From contig NC_043006.1 of assembly GCF_006345805.1 (NCBI RefSeq), forward strand, positions 46,748,001 to 46,812,000: 64,000 bases of DNA. Direction: 5' to 3'. Positions 13,025 to 25,720 of this stretch are shown here, in pieces; the first letter of the stretch is position 1; each line of letters starts with the position of its first letter. A model generated the notes under the pieces. The model did not search any database. It was not told where the DNA came from and worked only from the letters and a program-made list of their open reading frames with translations. The position numbers and the translations under genes were made by a program. This stretch comes from Octopus sinensis. Lineage: Eukaryota.

Positions 13025-13538
13025 CATATTATTATATATACATACATATATATATACATATACATATACATATATATATATATTATATATATATACACAT
13101 ACCTCTACATATGAATATTTTCACCAATATTCATGTATACGTGGAAGTGTATATTTCAGTATGTACCTGGTTGCAACGACGTCTCTCGCCGTTGTTATTG
13201 TGTAGGTTTCGGTTGTAATTACATTATAGAAAATTGCAATGGATAAGGAGTGGTATAATTATATTTTCCTCGAGACATTTAATTGGAAAATATTGTATGT
13301 AGGAATATGCGAGAGATGCATTGGCTGCGAAAGCTTTCTGTTTCATATATTTTCACTTTATATTCATATATAATTCTATTCCTGTAACACTGTGTGCATG
13401 CTGCCGTACTTGGTCACATTTATTCACGTACCTGAATATCCTTATTTAATTTAATATTATTCTAATCATTTTCCTAGCTAAGCATTTAGCACTTACAAAA
13501 TTCCATTCTTTATTACTTAATGCGTGTGTGGTGGGTGA

Positions 13539-13592
<54 letters not shown>

Positions 13593-13722
13593 GCATATAT
13601 ACATATATGTATATATATACACATATACATATATGTATATATATACGTATACACATATACATATATGCTATACATGTATATACATATATGGATGTATATA
13701 TGTCTATATATGTGTATGTATG

Positions 13723-13766
<44 letters not shown>

Positions 13767-14012
13767 TATGAGTGAGTTTGTAGTATATGTGTGTTCTGTG
13801 TGTGTGTATATATGTGTGTGTGTGCGCGCATAAATATATATTTTATAAATATATATATATATATATTATATATATATATATATATATTCATCTATGTTCC
13901 TCTCTCTCACTCTATCGCTCTCTCCCTCTGTATATATATACATATACACATATATACATATATATATATATACATATGTATATGTGCATATATGCATATA
14001 CGCATATATATA
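12157..14012. repeat. Cluster of (CA)n, (TA)n and compound (TA/TATG/CA) microsatellites
   Basis: (CA)n 12157-12218; (TA)n-rich 12390-12545, 12940-13100, 13540-13770, 13830-14012. Explains about 15 spurious ORFs. Confidence 0.96.
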
Positions 14013-14787
14013 TTCTTGTTGGCAAACGAAATAAGATATTATGATATTATGTATAGATTAAATTTATTAGAAATCAGTTCATGATTTATGCCATTACAAA
14101 TCATAATCTCACAATCATATTGCCCACATCTGTTCGCAAAACAGTGTAACCGAAAAGCTCTTACTAGACCTAATCGAATAAATATTGTCGCGAAATATTC
14201 TCCCCACTGGTGTAAGCGAACGCATTCAATGATTATATGTGATATTTTTGTAATCATTGTTATTCCACAACCAATTCTTTCCTGCTGTGTGCTGAAATTT
14301 TCAGGACGAGTTACTATCCTGCTTATGGTTGCTACGCTGGAACTTTTTTCCAGATGACAGCAACTTGAGAAGATATTTATTTGCCGATTAACATCACTGG
14401 TTGTTTTAAAATCCAAAATTTCTAACTGGTCATTTAGATAAAGAGTGTTACGTTTGCAGATATTCTATGTTATATGATACAAACCCATTATGTTCATGCT
14501 TTGTGGGAAGGACTGTTTCAACGAAGTCGCATATTGTCCTTGCCTTCGTGACGCGGAGTAGATGAAACAGGAACAACCGATGAAGGGGAATATTCTTTAG
14601 GTCGCATGTCTCGTTTTTCTGCTTGCTTTTTTCGTTGTTCGAAAAAAGTTCTTTTCTATGTTTTGGTATTTATGTTTTCGTTTCTCATTGTGTTCAGCGT
14701 TTTTTCAATGTCCTGTACCCATATATACATGTGAATATATACATATATATGTAGTTATGTACATATACGTATATATGCATATATATA

Positions 14788-14890
14788 TTTATTATTTATA
14801 TTATTATTATCATTATTATTATTATTATTACTATTATTATTATTATTACTATTATTATTACTATTATTATTACTATTATTATTATTATTA
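14788..14890. repeat. (TAT/TAC)n trinucleotide repeat, i.e. (TAA)n at the 3' end of the Dong element
   Basis: Direct inspection. Confidence 0.97.
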
Positions 14891-16993
14891 CTCAGTAGTT
14901 TTATTTTTATAGCGTGCTTTCACTTCACTACCGAGCGCAGCTCTGTGTGCCTTGGGTATGTGCTGTGATTTGTTGTGATGCTCTGATGGTTATTGTATGG
15001 AAAGTGTTCTGCGTAGGATGTGTGCAGTGCCTAGTAGTGCAATTTTCTGTATGTTATATGTGTTTGTAAGTCCTGGTGTTTTTGTTATGTATTTGTCTGA
15101 ATATTTTTTTATCATGCCTAATGCACCTACTATGATAGGAATTGTTTCTGTTTTCAGGTTCCACATTCTAGTTACTCTATTTCCAGGTCTTTGTATTTTG
15201 AGAGTTTCTCCATTTCTTTTAGGGACACGTTGTCATCTGCTGGTATTGATACATCAATTAGAAAGCATTTTTTTTCTTTGATCTCTGACAACTATATCTG
15301 GTCTGTTGGCCTTAATTTCTCTATCTGTGTGTATCGGCATATCCCAGAGCATGGTTGCTTTCTCGTTTTCTGTGACCTTTTCTGGTGTGTGCCTATACCA
15401 TCTTTTTTCTGTTGTTATTCCATAATGTTGGCATAGCTTCCAATGTATGTAGGTTCCAACTCTGTCATGTCTGTGAATATATTCCTTCTTAGCCAGGACT
15501 GGGCAGCTAGAGATAATATGATTTTTGTTTCTTGTCCATCTCCACATATTCTGCAGTTACTTGTAATATTTCTTTTCATTACATGTTTTTGGTAATTTCT
15601 GGTGGGAAGGCTTTGGTCTTGTGCTGCAATTAAAAATCCCTCTGTTTCTGCTTTGAGTCCTGAGCTTCTCAACCATTGCTGGGATTTTTCTTTGTCTATT
15701 TCTTTTGCGTTTAGTTTAGTGGCAGTATTTACCATGAAGGGGCTTTTCTTGCCATCGTTTTTATCATGGCTCGTTGCTGTTCTATTTTTAGTTTGGATTT
15801 CATTTGTTTTATAGCTTTTGTTGTTTCTTCATCATCTTCTTCTTCTTCTTCTTTGTTTATTAGGTGGTATGATTTCTTGTTTGTATTTGTCAGCTTCCTT
15901 AAATACTGAGAACAGTTTTTTGTTTTGCTCGTGTTTTGCTGCTATCTGGATCAGTTTTCCTACCTTCTGAAGTAGGTATTTTTGCAGTCCTATGGTGGTT
16001 ATTTTATAGTAGTTTTCCAGCTGTATAAGGCCTCTACCACCTTCTATACGTTGTATATATAGTCTTTCTATGTCAGATTTTGGGTGATGCATCCTAGATC
16101 CTGTCAGTATTTTTCTTGTTTTCCTATCTATTTTGGACAGTTCATTTCGTGTCCAGTTAAGGATATTGTAGCTGTAACTGGGACAGCTAAAGTGTTGATA
16201 CCTATTATCTTGTTTTTAGTATTGAGCTCTGTTTTTAGTATTGATCTAACTCATCTATAAATTCTTTTTTATTTTCTCTTTCATTTGTGGTGTTGTGTCT
16301 TATCTAGTTCATGGATTCCTAAGTATTTGTAAGTTTGGCTTTGGTCTAATTCTTTTATTTCATTGGTTTATCTAGTGTGATGTTGTTACTCTTAGCTAGT
16401 TTTCCTCTTTTCATGGTTACTTTGGCGCATTTTTCTAATCCAAATTTCATATCTATTTCTTTGGTAAATCCATGAACTGTCTTTAATAGTGTTTCCAGCT
16501 GTTGTCATTTGCAGCGTATAGTTTTAGGTCATCCATATATAAAAGGTGGCTGATCGTTTTGCCGTAACATTTATATCCGCATCCAGTTCTATTTAGCATA
16601 TCAGATAGAGGTGACAGTGCCAAGCAGAAAAGGAGTGGAGAGAGCGTGTCTCCCTGGAATATTCCTCTTCTAATGGGGATGTCTTTGTTTCATGAGTCCC
16701 TCTTTTGTTTGGAGGTGTAGGACTGTTTGCCATTTATTCATAGAGTGCTCTATGAATTTTATGATTGTTGGTGCTACTTTGTTAATGGCTAGTGTTTCGA
16801 GGATCCATGTGTGGGGGATGCTATCAAACGCCTTTTTTTAGTTAATCCAGGCCATACTGAGGCCTTTCTTCTTTCTGTGGCTGTCTTCAGTTACGGCTTT
16901 ATTAATCATTAGTTGATCTTTACAGCCATATGAGCCCTTGCGGCATCCTTTCTGCTCTTCTGGGAACAGTTTGTTTTCGTCCAGGTGCTTAAT
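14891..16993 (-). mobile_element. Dong/R4-clade non-LTR retrotransposon (RT + CCHC + REL endonuclease), 5'-truncated
   Basis: Minus-strand peptides EEQKGCRKGSYGCKDQL, RGIFQGDTLSPLLF, HLLYMDDLKLY, HHPKSDIERLYIQRIEGGRGL, CRICGDGQET-NHIISSC..RHD, DREIKANRPDIVV, IALLGTAHILRRTL*. Bounded by (TAA)n on both sides (14788-14890, 16994-17042). Confidence 0.92.
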
Positions 16994-17927
16994 ATTATCA
17001 TTATTATTATTACTATTATTATTACTATTATTATTATTATTATATATACACACACATCACTGAAGTGAACAATGGGCACTTAGTCAGTGTCAGTATTGCT
17101 AGAAATTATAGTCAGCACAACTCAATAACAACAGAAGCACTATCTGAATGATTGACGAATGGGAAAGCACTCTATGGTCGCAGACATACCCAGATTATCG
17201 ATGATTTCGCATTTTGATGCTTAACGCATCTGAATGCTGATTCGCTGGCTCTCACCGCGCCTAGGGTTAAACTCATCTCGCCTTGTCAGTTTATAACATT
17301 TCCGTTGACATTATGCGCTGATTTCATAAACGGTTGTTTTGAGTTATTTTGACCCTTATTTATAACAATAATGTTGGTGAGGAAAGGCTTGTATGCACGG
17401 GCGAAGGCTGGTCTTCAATAAGCAATATATGCATATGTGTGTGTGTTTGTGTGTGTATGTGCGTATAATACATGCACACATATATATGTATATATGTTTG
17501 TATGTATATATAAAATGATAGTGTATTGGTTCAGAAAGAATGGGAAAGAATATGGAGGAACACTCAATATAGATTAGCGAACTCTGACAATGACTTTAAA
17601 GTTTAAACGTCCGCTGTGTTAGTCACCTTGTCAGCATAAATAATCCATCTTTGCAACATCCATCTGTACCTCGATCGATCGATCCATTGATCGGTCGATA
17701 CATCGATCGATCCATACATACTTATGCATGTATACATACACGCTCACAAACACACGCACACACACAATATATATATATAAAAGATTCAAGGATGTGCGTG
17801 TAAGAAGTTAGGGAAGTTTGAGCAGACAGTGGTACGGACAGAGAACAATTTTCAGGAACAAGAATTATTTATTTCCGTAGAAGTTTGTAAGTTTTTCCCA
17901 AGTCGATGTTCGATCAGCATTTTTCAG

Positions 17928-17970
<43 letters not shown>

Positions 17971-19548
17971 CATATGAATATATACACACACATAAAATGC
18001 ACAAATACACGCACATGCTCATATATTAAGCAAGAGAGAGAGAGAGAGTGTGTGTGTAAGAAGTATAAAAATGCATAGACCTATCCCCTTCTGTATCTGT
18101 ATATTATATATATATATATATATGTATTTGTGTGCGTAGGTGTTTGTGCGTGTATATATGTATATATATATATATGTATATATATGAGCTCCCTTGTGGT
18201 AAGAAGGTGTGAAAACACACAGTTCGTTCAGTGTCGCCATCTCTCGGGAATCTCAGACATCAATATTTCGATTTTTTGACTCAGCAGTTACCGTGGATAA
18301 AAAAGGATCTCTTATGGTAAAAAGTTTTGAAAACACTCCCTTCGTTCTGGGTAGACATCTCTCGGGTATCTCCGACATCGATGTTTCGAGATTTTTTTAA
18401 CTCTTGTCAATGAAGTATACCTAATATATGAATATGTGTATGTATGTATCTCCGTGTTTCTTATCGAGTTTTTAATCAATCCTGTGATGATTAGATAAAT
18501 CATTTATAAAATCAAAAACTTCCACACGATGTATATCCTTCACCATATATATCTAGTTTGTAAACTCTACTCATTCCATTTCTAAACATATTCTCATCGG
18601 TCTTTAAGTTATTACAATGTTTACAAATAAACAGATACACATGGACAGAGGTATTTTTGCTACTGTTTTAATTTCAATGACATTTTAAAGCAAAATCGAG
18701 AATTTGTTTTTGTAAGACTTGATTGTAAGAACAGATCATTCTACTTCAAATCACACTAACGTCATAGAAGGAGAGACATCGGATATTAGAGTCTTGTAGT
18801 TAGGTACAAGACGAAAATATTAGTGGTTATTTGAAGCTAAACAAGTATATCTGCACCACCACCACCACCACCATCAGCAGCATCACACTCCCCCACACTC
18901 ACTCAACAAGTACAATAGCAAAATCAACAATAACCAAAACGGAAAATATAGGAACGAAATCGGATGAGATCATACTCATGGCAGAATTTGTAGGAATTCA
19001 ATGAAAACCACAATATCGTTCCTGTAGAGAAGTGAGAGATTGGAAACCTTTTAGACCAATATTGCGTTTAATATGAAATTCATGCGAAGCGAACAACTTG
19101 AAAGATGCTTCCCTCTGAAGATGTTTACCCGGAGGGTGTTTATATCAGACAAATGAAAGAAATATTGACTACATTTCCATATTTTACACATATATTTCCA
19201 TTAAATGCACACATACATGCATACAGATGTTACAAATATACATATAATAAGTACATACAAGGGCAAATATATTTATATAATATTAATAAAGGTATTAATA
19301 AGAATTTCTATGCGAGCGAGCTCGTTTTACGTAATATATCAAATTAAACTTGCGTATGATTATCGATATGTGTGCGCATGTGAGCGTGTGTACAAGCACA
19401 CACATATATATATCGATATATGTGTGAGTGATTTACGATCGTATGTGTGTGTGTGAGTGAGTGTGACTTTGTTTTTATGTCGAGATATAATAAAAATTTC
19501 ACATGGACGGGAATTCGTTTTGTACACTACGTATTTAATATACTTCTA

Positions 19549-19718
19549 CAAGTATTTCGTCTGTCTTTACGTTCTGAGTTCAAATTCCGCCGAAGTCGAC
19601 TTTGCCATTCATCCTTTCCCGGTGGATAAATTAAGAACCAATTGCGTAGTGGGGTCGGTCTAATCTACTGACCCCCTCCCCCAAAATTTCAGGCCTTAGG
19701 CCTAGAGTAGGAATGAAT
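19549..19718 (+). mobile_element. SINE family A, tail type A2, 5'-truncated
   Basis: gtatttcgtctgtctttacgttctgagttcaaattccgccgaagtcgactttgcc...ccaaaatttcaggccttaggcctagagtag. Confidence 0.88.
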
Positions 19719-19731
19719 GTACTTGTACAAG

Positions 19732-19842
19732 GGCCTGAACTCTTTACATGAACACCACCCTGTACTTAACTCCATGTCCCCCTACATGGCCTTGCTATTT
19801 GCTTTTGAGCCAAATTAACTAACTAACTAACTAACTAACTAA
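19732..19842 (+). mobile_element. Extreme 3' end of a CR1-clade LINE with (AACT)n tail
   Basis: Near-identical to 55185-55292 (ggcctgaactctttacatgaacaccaccctgtacttaac...gagccaaattaactaactaact). Confidence 0.88.
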
Positions 19843-20207
19843 GGAGATTGGTGGCTGCTACATTGAAATTCCGACCTGTTTACATTCAGCAGTTCATTTA
19901 AGGCTTGAACATCAAAACCTGGAAGGCATGGCAACTGCTTCTGTGGCAAATCATACAATCTTTCTAATCCATCCATCCATCCATCCATCCATCCATCTAT
20001 GTGTCTGCATGTGTGTGTGTACATATAATAATGCAGTCACCAATACTGCAGAGATATGGATTTATCGATCCACCGACTGAGCTTAGTAAATCAAACTAAC
20101 TGGATTTTTTTATACACTCACGGAGGTTTGCAGGCACTAATAACTGGTACACACGGCTACGTTAGCCACTTGGATTGTGTAACTCTACCAACCATAATTT
20201 GCAAACT

Positions 20208-20270
<63 letters not shown>

Positions 20271-20277
20271 GCACACA

Positions 20278-20336
<59 letters not shown>

Positions 20337-20372
20337 ATATATATATATATACACACGCACACACACACACAC

Positions 20373-20407
<35 letters not shown>

Positions 20408-20444
20408 CACACACACACATATATATATATATATATTCGCCATA

Positions 20445-20620
20445 ATAGATCGCTAGCCGCTATACATTCTTTATTTTCTCTCCTTGTTTCTTTCTGTGTT
20501 CCTTTCTGTAGAAGAGCGTAGGCTCGAAATATTAAAGACTTTTTCAGTTCCCAGGCGTTATACTAATACATCTTTTTGTTGTCTACACCACTTGTCTTCG
20601 TCTTTCGTTTATTTGATATA
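20445..20620 (+). mobile_element. Probable Penelope-like pseudo-LTR fragment with variant hammerhead-like motif (20502-20537)
   Basis: cttt-ctgtaga-a-gagc-gtag-gctc-gaaa-tatt-aaag: stem II hairpin followed by GAAA and a palindromic stem III, as in PLE pLTRs. Core A6 is replaced by U. Confidence 0.45.
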
Positions 20621-21544
20621 TGTTTGTTCTTTTTGTGATAACTAGCACCATGCTATTTTATTTCGATTGTTTTGATAACAGATATCAGCATTCCCTTTTG
20701 AATGATTTGAAGAATATAAAACTGAACAGTTCTATTCCATTTCCCACCTGACCAAAGCCCTATTGTATTAATTGAGGTCCTAAATTCACTGTTCAGGTAG
20801 AATCACATATTTATTTCACTGCGAAATCAATTAGATTCAGGTCCAGTGCAATACGTGGCCATATTTTGTACCACAGACCCGGACACACTATATGTACACA
20901 TACATAAACATACATACACGCACACTCACATATATGTGTGTGCGCACGTGTGTGTTTGCGTGTGTTCCCGTGTGTTTGCGTGTGCATGGGCATGTGAGCG
21001 CTATATGTATATATGAATATTGCGTTTATCTGTCCGTACATATTCATTCCGTTAAGAGTCAGCATACTGCTCTACTAAATTATAACAAATTATAATCATA
21101 CTAAACACGAAGCCCTTCTAGTTATTTAGGAACAACATCACGAAATTTATCAGTAACCAAATGCATTGAAAACACAATGCCAGAGAAACAATATCAGACA
21201 ATGAGACGTAAATACACGTAAAAAATCACAAAGTGGTCTCATTGTTTGATTACATACTATATATAACTTCTCATAAACATTCTTTGAATAATGGAAATGT
21301 TCTCTACAGGTAAACATGTTACATTGAGTATTATTAGTTATAGAGAATAATGTACGAGACATACTGTTAAATGGGTTATATTCCATAGATAAAAATTTCG
21401 TATAGGAATATGCTCGTGCGTACAGGTGGATAAATGTACGTAAGTGTACACCATGCACACACGCACCTATATTATGTGTGTGTGTGAGTATGTCTATGCG
21501 AATATATTTGAATATATTTGAATATGCTGAGTGCACAGAAAAAA

Positions 21545-21545
21545 A

Positions 21546-21613
<68 letters not shown>

Positions 21614-21623
21614 ATATATATCA

Positions 21624-21665
<42 letters not shown>

Positions 21666-21769
21666 GTATATATATCAATATATATATATATATGTATATA
21701 TATATATGTATATATATCAATATATATATATGTATATATATATATCAATATATATATGTATATATATCA

Positions 21770-21815
<46 letters not shown>

Positions 21816-21860
21816 ATATATATCAATATATATATATATCAGTGTATGTATATATATTTA
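21545..21860. repeat. Compound (TA)n with recurring tatcaa/tatgta interruptions
   Basis: Direct inspection; tatcaa recurs about 7 times. Confidence 0.93.
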
Positions 21861-22020
21861 TATACAAATATGTGCGTAGTTAAATATATTTGCATCAATA
21901 CACATGTGTCTGTCTGTTTGTCTATCAAAATATGCATGCGCACGTACACACACGACCATTTAAATAGATTGATAGAAAGATTCCTTGCTAGGTAGATTGA
22001 TAGATAGATAGATAGATATT

Positions 22021-22425
22021 CTATTATTCTTTTATTTATTTCAGTCATCTGACTGCGGCCATGCTGGATCACCGCCTTTTTAGTCGAACAAGTAGAACCC
22101 AGGAGCTGTTTTTTGTAAGCCTAGTACTTATTGTATCGGTCTCTTTTGCAGAACCATTAGATGACGGGGACGTAAATACATCAACATAGATTGTCAGCGA
22201 TGGTGGGGGGAGGAACAAACACAGACACACAAATTCACACAAACATATACACATATATATATATAAATACGGCGGGCTTCTTTCAGTCTCTCTCTACCAA
22301 ATCCAGTCATAAGGCTTTGGTCGACCCGAGGCTATAGTAGAAGACACTTGCCCAAGGTGCAATGCAGTGGGACTGAACCCGGAACCATGTAGTTGGTAAG
22401 CAAACTACACAGCCACTCCAGCGCC
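22021..22425 (-). mobile_element. SINE family B (tRNA head + CORE-like block + internal microsatellite + LINE-like tail), full length
   Basis: Head ggcgctggagtggctgtgt, CORE-like gcaccttgggcaagtgtcttct, tail ccagcatggccgcagtcagatgactgaaat. Candidate TSD tagatagatagatatt at 22005-22020 and 22426-22441, but it lies in a GATA repeat. Confidence 0.9.
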
Positions 22426-22440
22426 TAGATAGATAGATAT

Positions 22441-22606
22441 TATTTTCTACACTAGGCACAAGGCCCGAAATATTTGTGGAGGGGGCCGTTTGATTAGATC
22501 GACCCCACAACGCAAATGGTACTTAATTTATCGACCCCGAGAGAATGAAAGGCAAAGTTGACATCGGCGGAATTTGGACTGAGAAATTAAAGATAGACGA
22601 AATGCT
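22441..22606 (-). mobile_element. SINE family A, tail A2, 5'-truncated
   Basis: ctaggcacaaggcccgaaat...gaatgaaaggcaaagttgacatcggcggaatttggact. Confidence 0.85.
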
Positions 22607-22732
22607 GATAGTTATAAAGATATACTTAAGTAAGTGCATATTTGTGTGTGTAAATCTCTCTCTCTCTCTCATATATATATATTATATCTATCTATCTATC
22701 TATATATATATATATATATACATACATATATT

Positions 22733-22866
22733 CTTTACTCGTTTATGACTGCTTATATTTTAACTCATGTCACTTGTCCGAAAATCACACATCTGAGATC
22801 ACCTCAGCGAAAGGTTTCCGGACAATGGGCATGAGTTAGAATGAGAACAGTTATAAACGAGTGAAG
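22733..22866. repeat. Palindromic element, copy 1 (~50-bp imperfect arms)
   Basis: actcgttta..aactcatg..ttgtccg pairs with cggacaa..catgagtt..taaacgagt; followed by tatacagtgcgtgt. Confidence 0.8.
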
Positions 22867-22999
22867 AAAAACTATACAGTGCGTGTAGTTGTTTGGCCCC
22901 CAAAAATATATATTACCACCCCGAAATACAATATATATATATATATATATATATATGCACGTACTATTTATCAATATCTATCTATCTATCTATCTATCT

Positions 23000-23125
23000 T
23001 ACTGTTCTCATCCTATCTCATGCCTATTGTCCAGAAATCTTTTGTCACACAATTGTGGCCTCCTCGTCGAAAGATTTCTGTACGATGGACACGGGTTAGT
23101 ATAAGAACAGTAATAAACGAGTGAA
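23000..23125. repeat. Palindromic element, copy 2, same family as 22733-22866
   Basis: tactgttctcatcctatctcatgcctattgtccagaaatcttt versus the reverse complement of the right arm, tactgttcttatactaacccgtgtccatcgtacagaaatcttt; followed by taaacgagtgaa..atatatagtgcgtgtg. Confidence 0.8.
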
Positions 23126-23287
23126 AAACGAATATATAGTGCGTGTGCTTATTTGACAAAGAAAAAAATTTCAAACCACGATTTCACATCAGGAATCTTG
23201 TAACACAAATTCATAAACGGATATATATATTTATATACACACACACACACACACACACCACACACACACATATATATATATATAAGG

Positions 23288-23522
23288 ATAAGATCGTTAT
23301 CTAAAATACCGATCAATTCAAGTGACAAGCACGGGAATAAAAACCTTATAGGTATTAATAATTATTCAAATAAACTATAACTAATTTCTCTAAAAGATAC
23401 CACCATGCTAGAGATAGCAGTCAAATTTTCACTCTAAAACCATTTCATATAATCATACAGCACAGTACCTATAAGGCTTTTATGCCACTTCATTTCATCG
23501 GTATTCTAAATAGCGATCTCAT
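23288..23522. mobile_element. MITE-like element with ~60-bp imperfect terminal inverted repeats
   Basis: Left arm ataagatcgttatctaaaataccgat..aaaaccttataggta (23288-23354) matches the reverse complement of 23466-23522. Its interior recurs inverted at 23801-23865. Confidence 0.75.
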
Positions 23523-23653
23523 CTTCATTTATATAAAAATTTAGTTATTTGCTTCGTCATTATATTCACTGCAGTGGTATTTTGACGGGCAGTTAAACCG
23601 ATCGTGTATATACGGACATACATACGCATATATATATAATTATCCATATGTTG

Positions 23654-23685
<32 letters not shown>

Positions 23686-23719
23686 ATATTTATATGTGTT
23701 ATATACTATCTGTGTATAT

Positions 23720-23772
23720 CTCACTGATGAGGCAGAGTATTTTTTATACAGAGCCAGAAATCCGGATCTGAG
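23720..23772 (+). ncRNA. Minimal type-I hammerhead ribozyme motif (Penelope/retrozyme type)
   Basis: Stem I ctca/tgag; core CTGATGA (23724-23730); stem II ggc..gcc; GAAA (23757-23760); palindromic stem III ATCCGGAT; predicted AUC cleavage after 23768. One extra A (23756) precedes GAAA. Confidence 0.65.
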
Positions 23773-23932
23773 TTATCCAAAAAGTTGTTGCTCTTCAGCT
23801 TGTGCTGTATGAATGGATTTAGAGTCAAGTTTGACTGCTATCTCTAGCATGGTTGTATCTCTTAGATAGCCTTAATTATAATTATATATATATATACACA
23901 CACACACATAATAGCTTACAAACAAATAAATA

Positions 23933-23968
<36 letters not shown>

Positions 23969-25050
23969 GAGATATATATTTACAGAGAGCGAGAGAGAGA
24001 GATAGAGAGAGTAAGGGAGTGAGAGTGAAATAGACAGAAAAAAGAAAAAATGTTTCTTGTATTTGAAAACCAAAGAAATATTTTTTAAAAACATTTCATT
24101 TAATTTTTCCACAATTTAATAGTTTTTCATGATTTACCATAAGTTGAAAATGTCGCAGAAACTGAAACCGGTATTAAAATGTTCTTCATGATAAAATTAT
24201 TTTACCATTTTCTACCTTGTCTTATTTTCCTTATATATATGCATAAACGCACGCACACACACACACACACGCACACACACACACATACACACACAACATA
24301 CATTCATGTATACATACATATTTGACTGAATAGATATGCTCTTTTTAGTAGTTACTTAAAACACAATAAAACAATGAAATAATTAAATTTTCAGATTTTG
24401 TAGTTAAATAATTTGAACATGTTACCAAACTAGAATAATGCTAGATTGGAAAAGTACATTTAATTATTTTGCGAAGTAATTCTTTAATTTAGATGCATTC
24501 GTTACATGTATACATAATTTTGTCAATATTGTTGTTTTTTTGTTACAAAAACTAAACTTCGAACAAAATACTTCGAAATTAATTAGATCAATGGAAAATT
24601 TAATAAAATAAAAACTATTTCCATGTTGGTGTTCTGTATTCTGTCTGTGTAACTAATATGTATTGAAATAAAAGAAAAGGTATGTAATTACAGGTAAATC
24701 CAAAATAAATTGTTAATCAACGTTTTCGTTGATCATATTTTCCTATATAAAATTAGTTATTTAATAAATACATAACGTGTATGTGTGCACAACATGGTAA
24801 ATTTAATAGGTTTCACAATGTTCGAATATTTCCAATGGACGCCTTCTGCGCGAAGAATCTATAGTGAAATGCGTACCAATACATGGTTGTTTTCTGAGGT
24901 AAAATCTCACGCACCAAGGGAAAATCTGCAAGCAGCGTCATTGACAATTCACGTTATAGAATGTGAAGTAAAGCGTCCGAATTTTAGATTTAGGATAAAG
25001 TTCCGGACCGAAACATGTTAAGGCCGGTTTCCCAGTTTCTATTGCGTATA

Positions 25051-25093
<43 letters not shown>

Positions 25094-25104
25094 CTGAACG
25101 GATT

Positions 25105-25252
25105 ACTCATTTTTACCAGCTGAGTGCACAGGAGCAACGTGAAATGAAGTTCTTTACTCATTAAATATTACAATTCGCGTGGTCTACAAATAGAAACCAT
25201 AATTTTCCTGTAAAAAATCCAACACCCTGAACAATGAGGCACGCATCTCCAC
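25105..25252 (-). mobile_element. Degenerate SINE, related to family D
   Basis: ggagcaacgtgaaatgaagt resembles the family D block at 51115-51135; decayed head ending gcatctccac. Confidence 0.5.
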
Positions 25253-25631
25253 TGAAGTTTATTGTTTGAAATTTATATTCCAGTTCGATGTAATTAGCTA
25301 TTATTATACCGTTGCCAAACATTTACTTTCAGGATATTTTATTTTGCGAAACACTTTGCACGCAAATTCTAAGGAAAACTTTCTTAAACTTCTGGAAACT
25401 ATCTTAAGCATGTCCTTGAGAACGATTATTTATGTAGTAATCTTTTGTGCCCAATATTTTAAGGAACTTGTTGAACTTTTTTATATCCTTAACATGTCCC
25501 TGTTACCAAAGACTGTATATATGTAATGTAGCAATTTGCAACAACATGTTACTTTTGACAATCTTTTTCCAAAGAGTGAAACGGGTAAAGTAAATAAACA
25601 TCTTTTAAATTGCATTTTCAAACCTTCTTTC

Positions 25632-25720
<89 letters not shown>

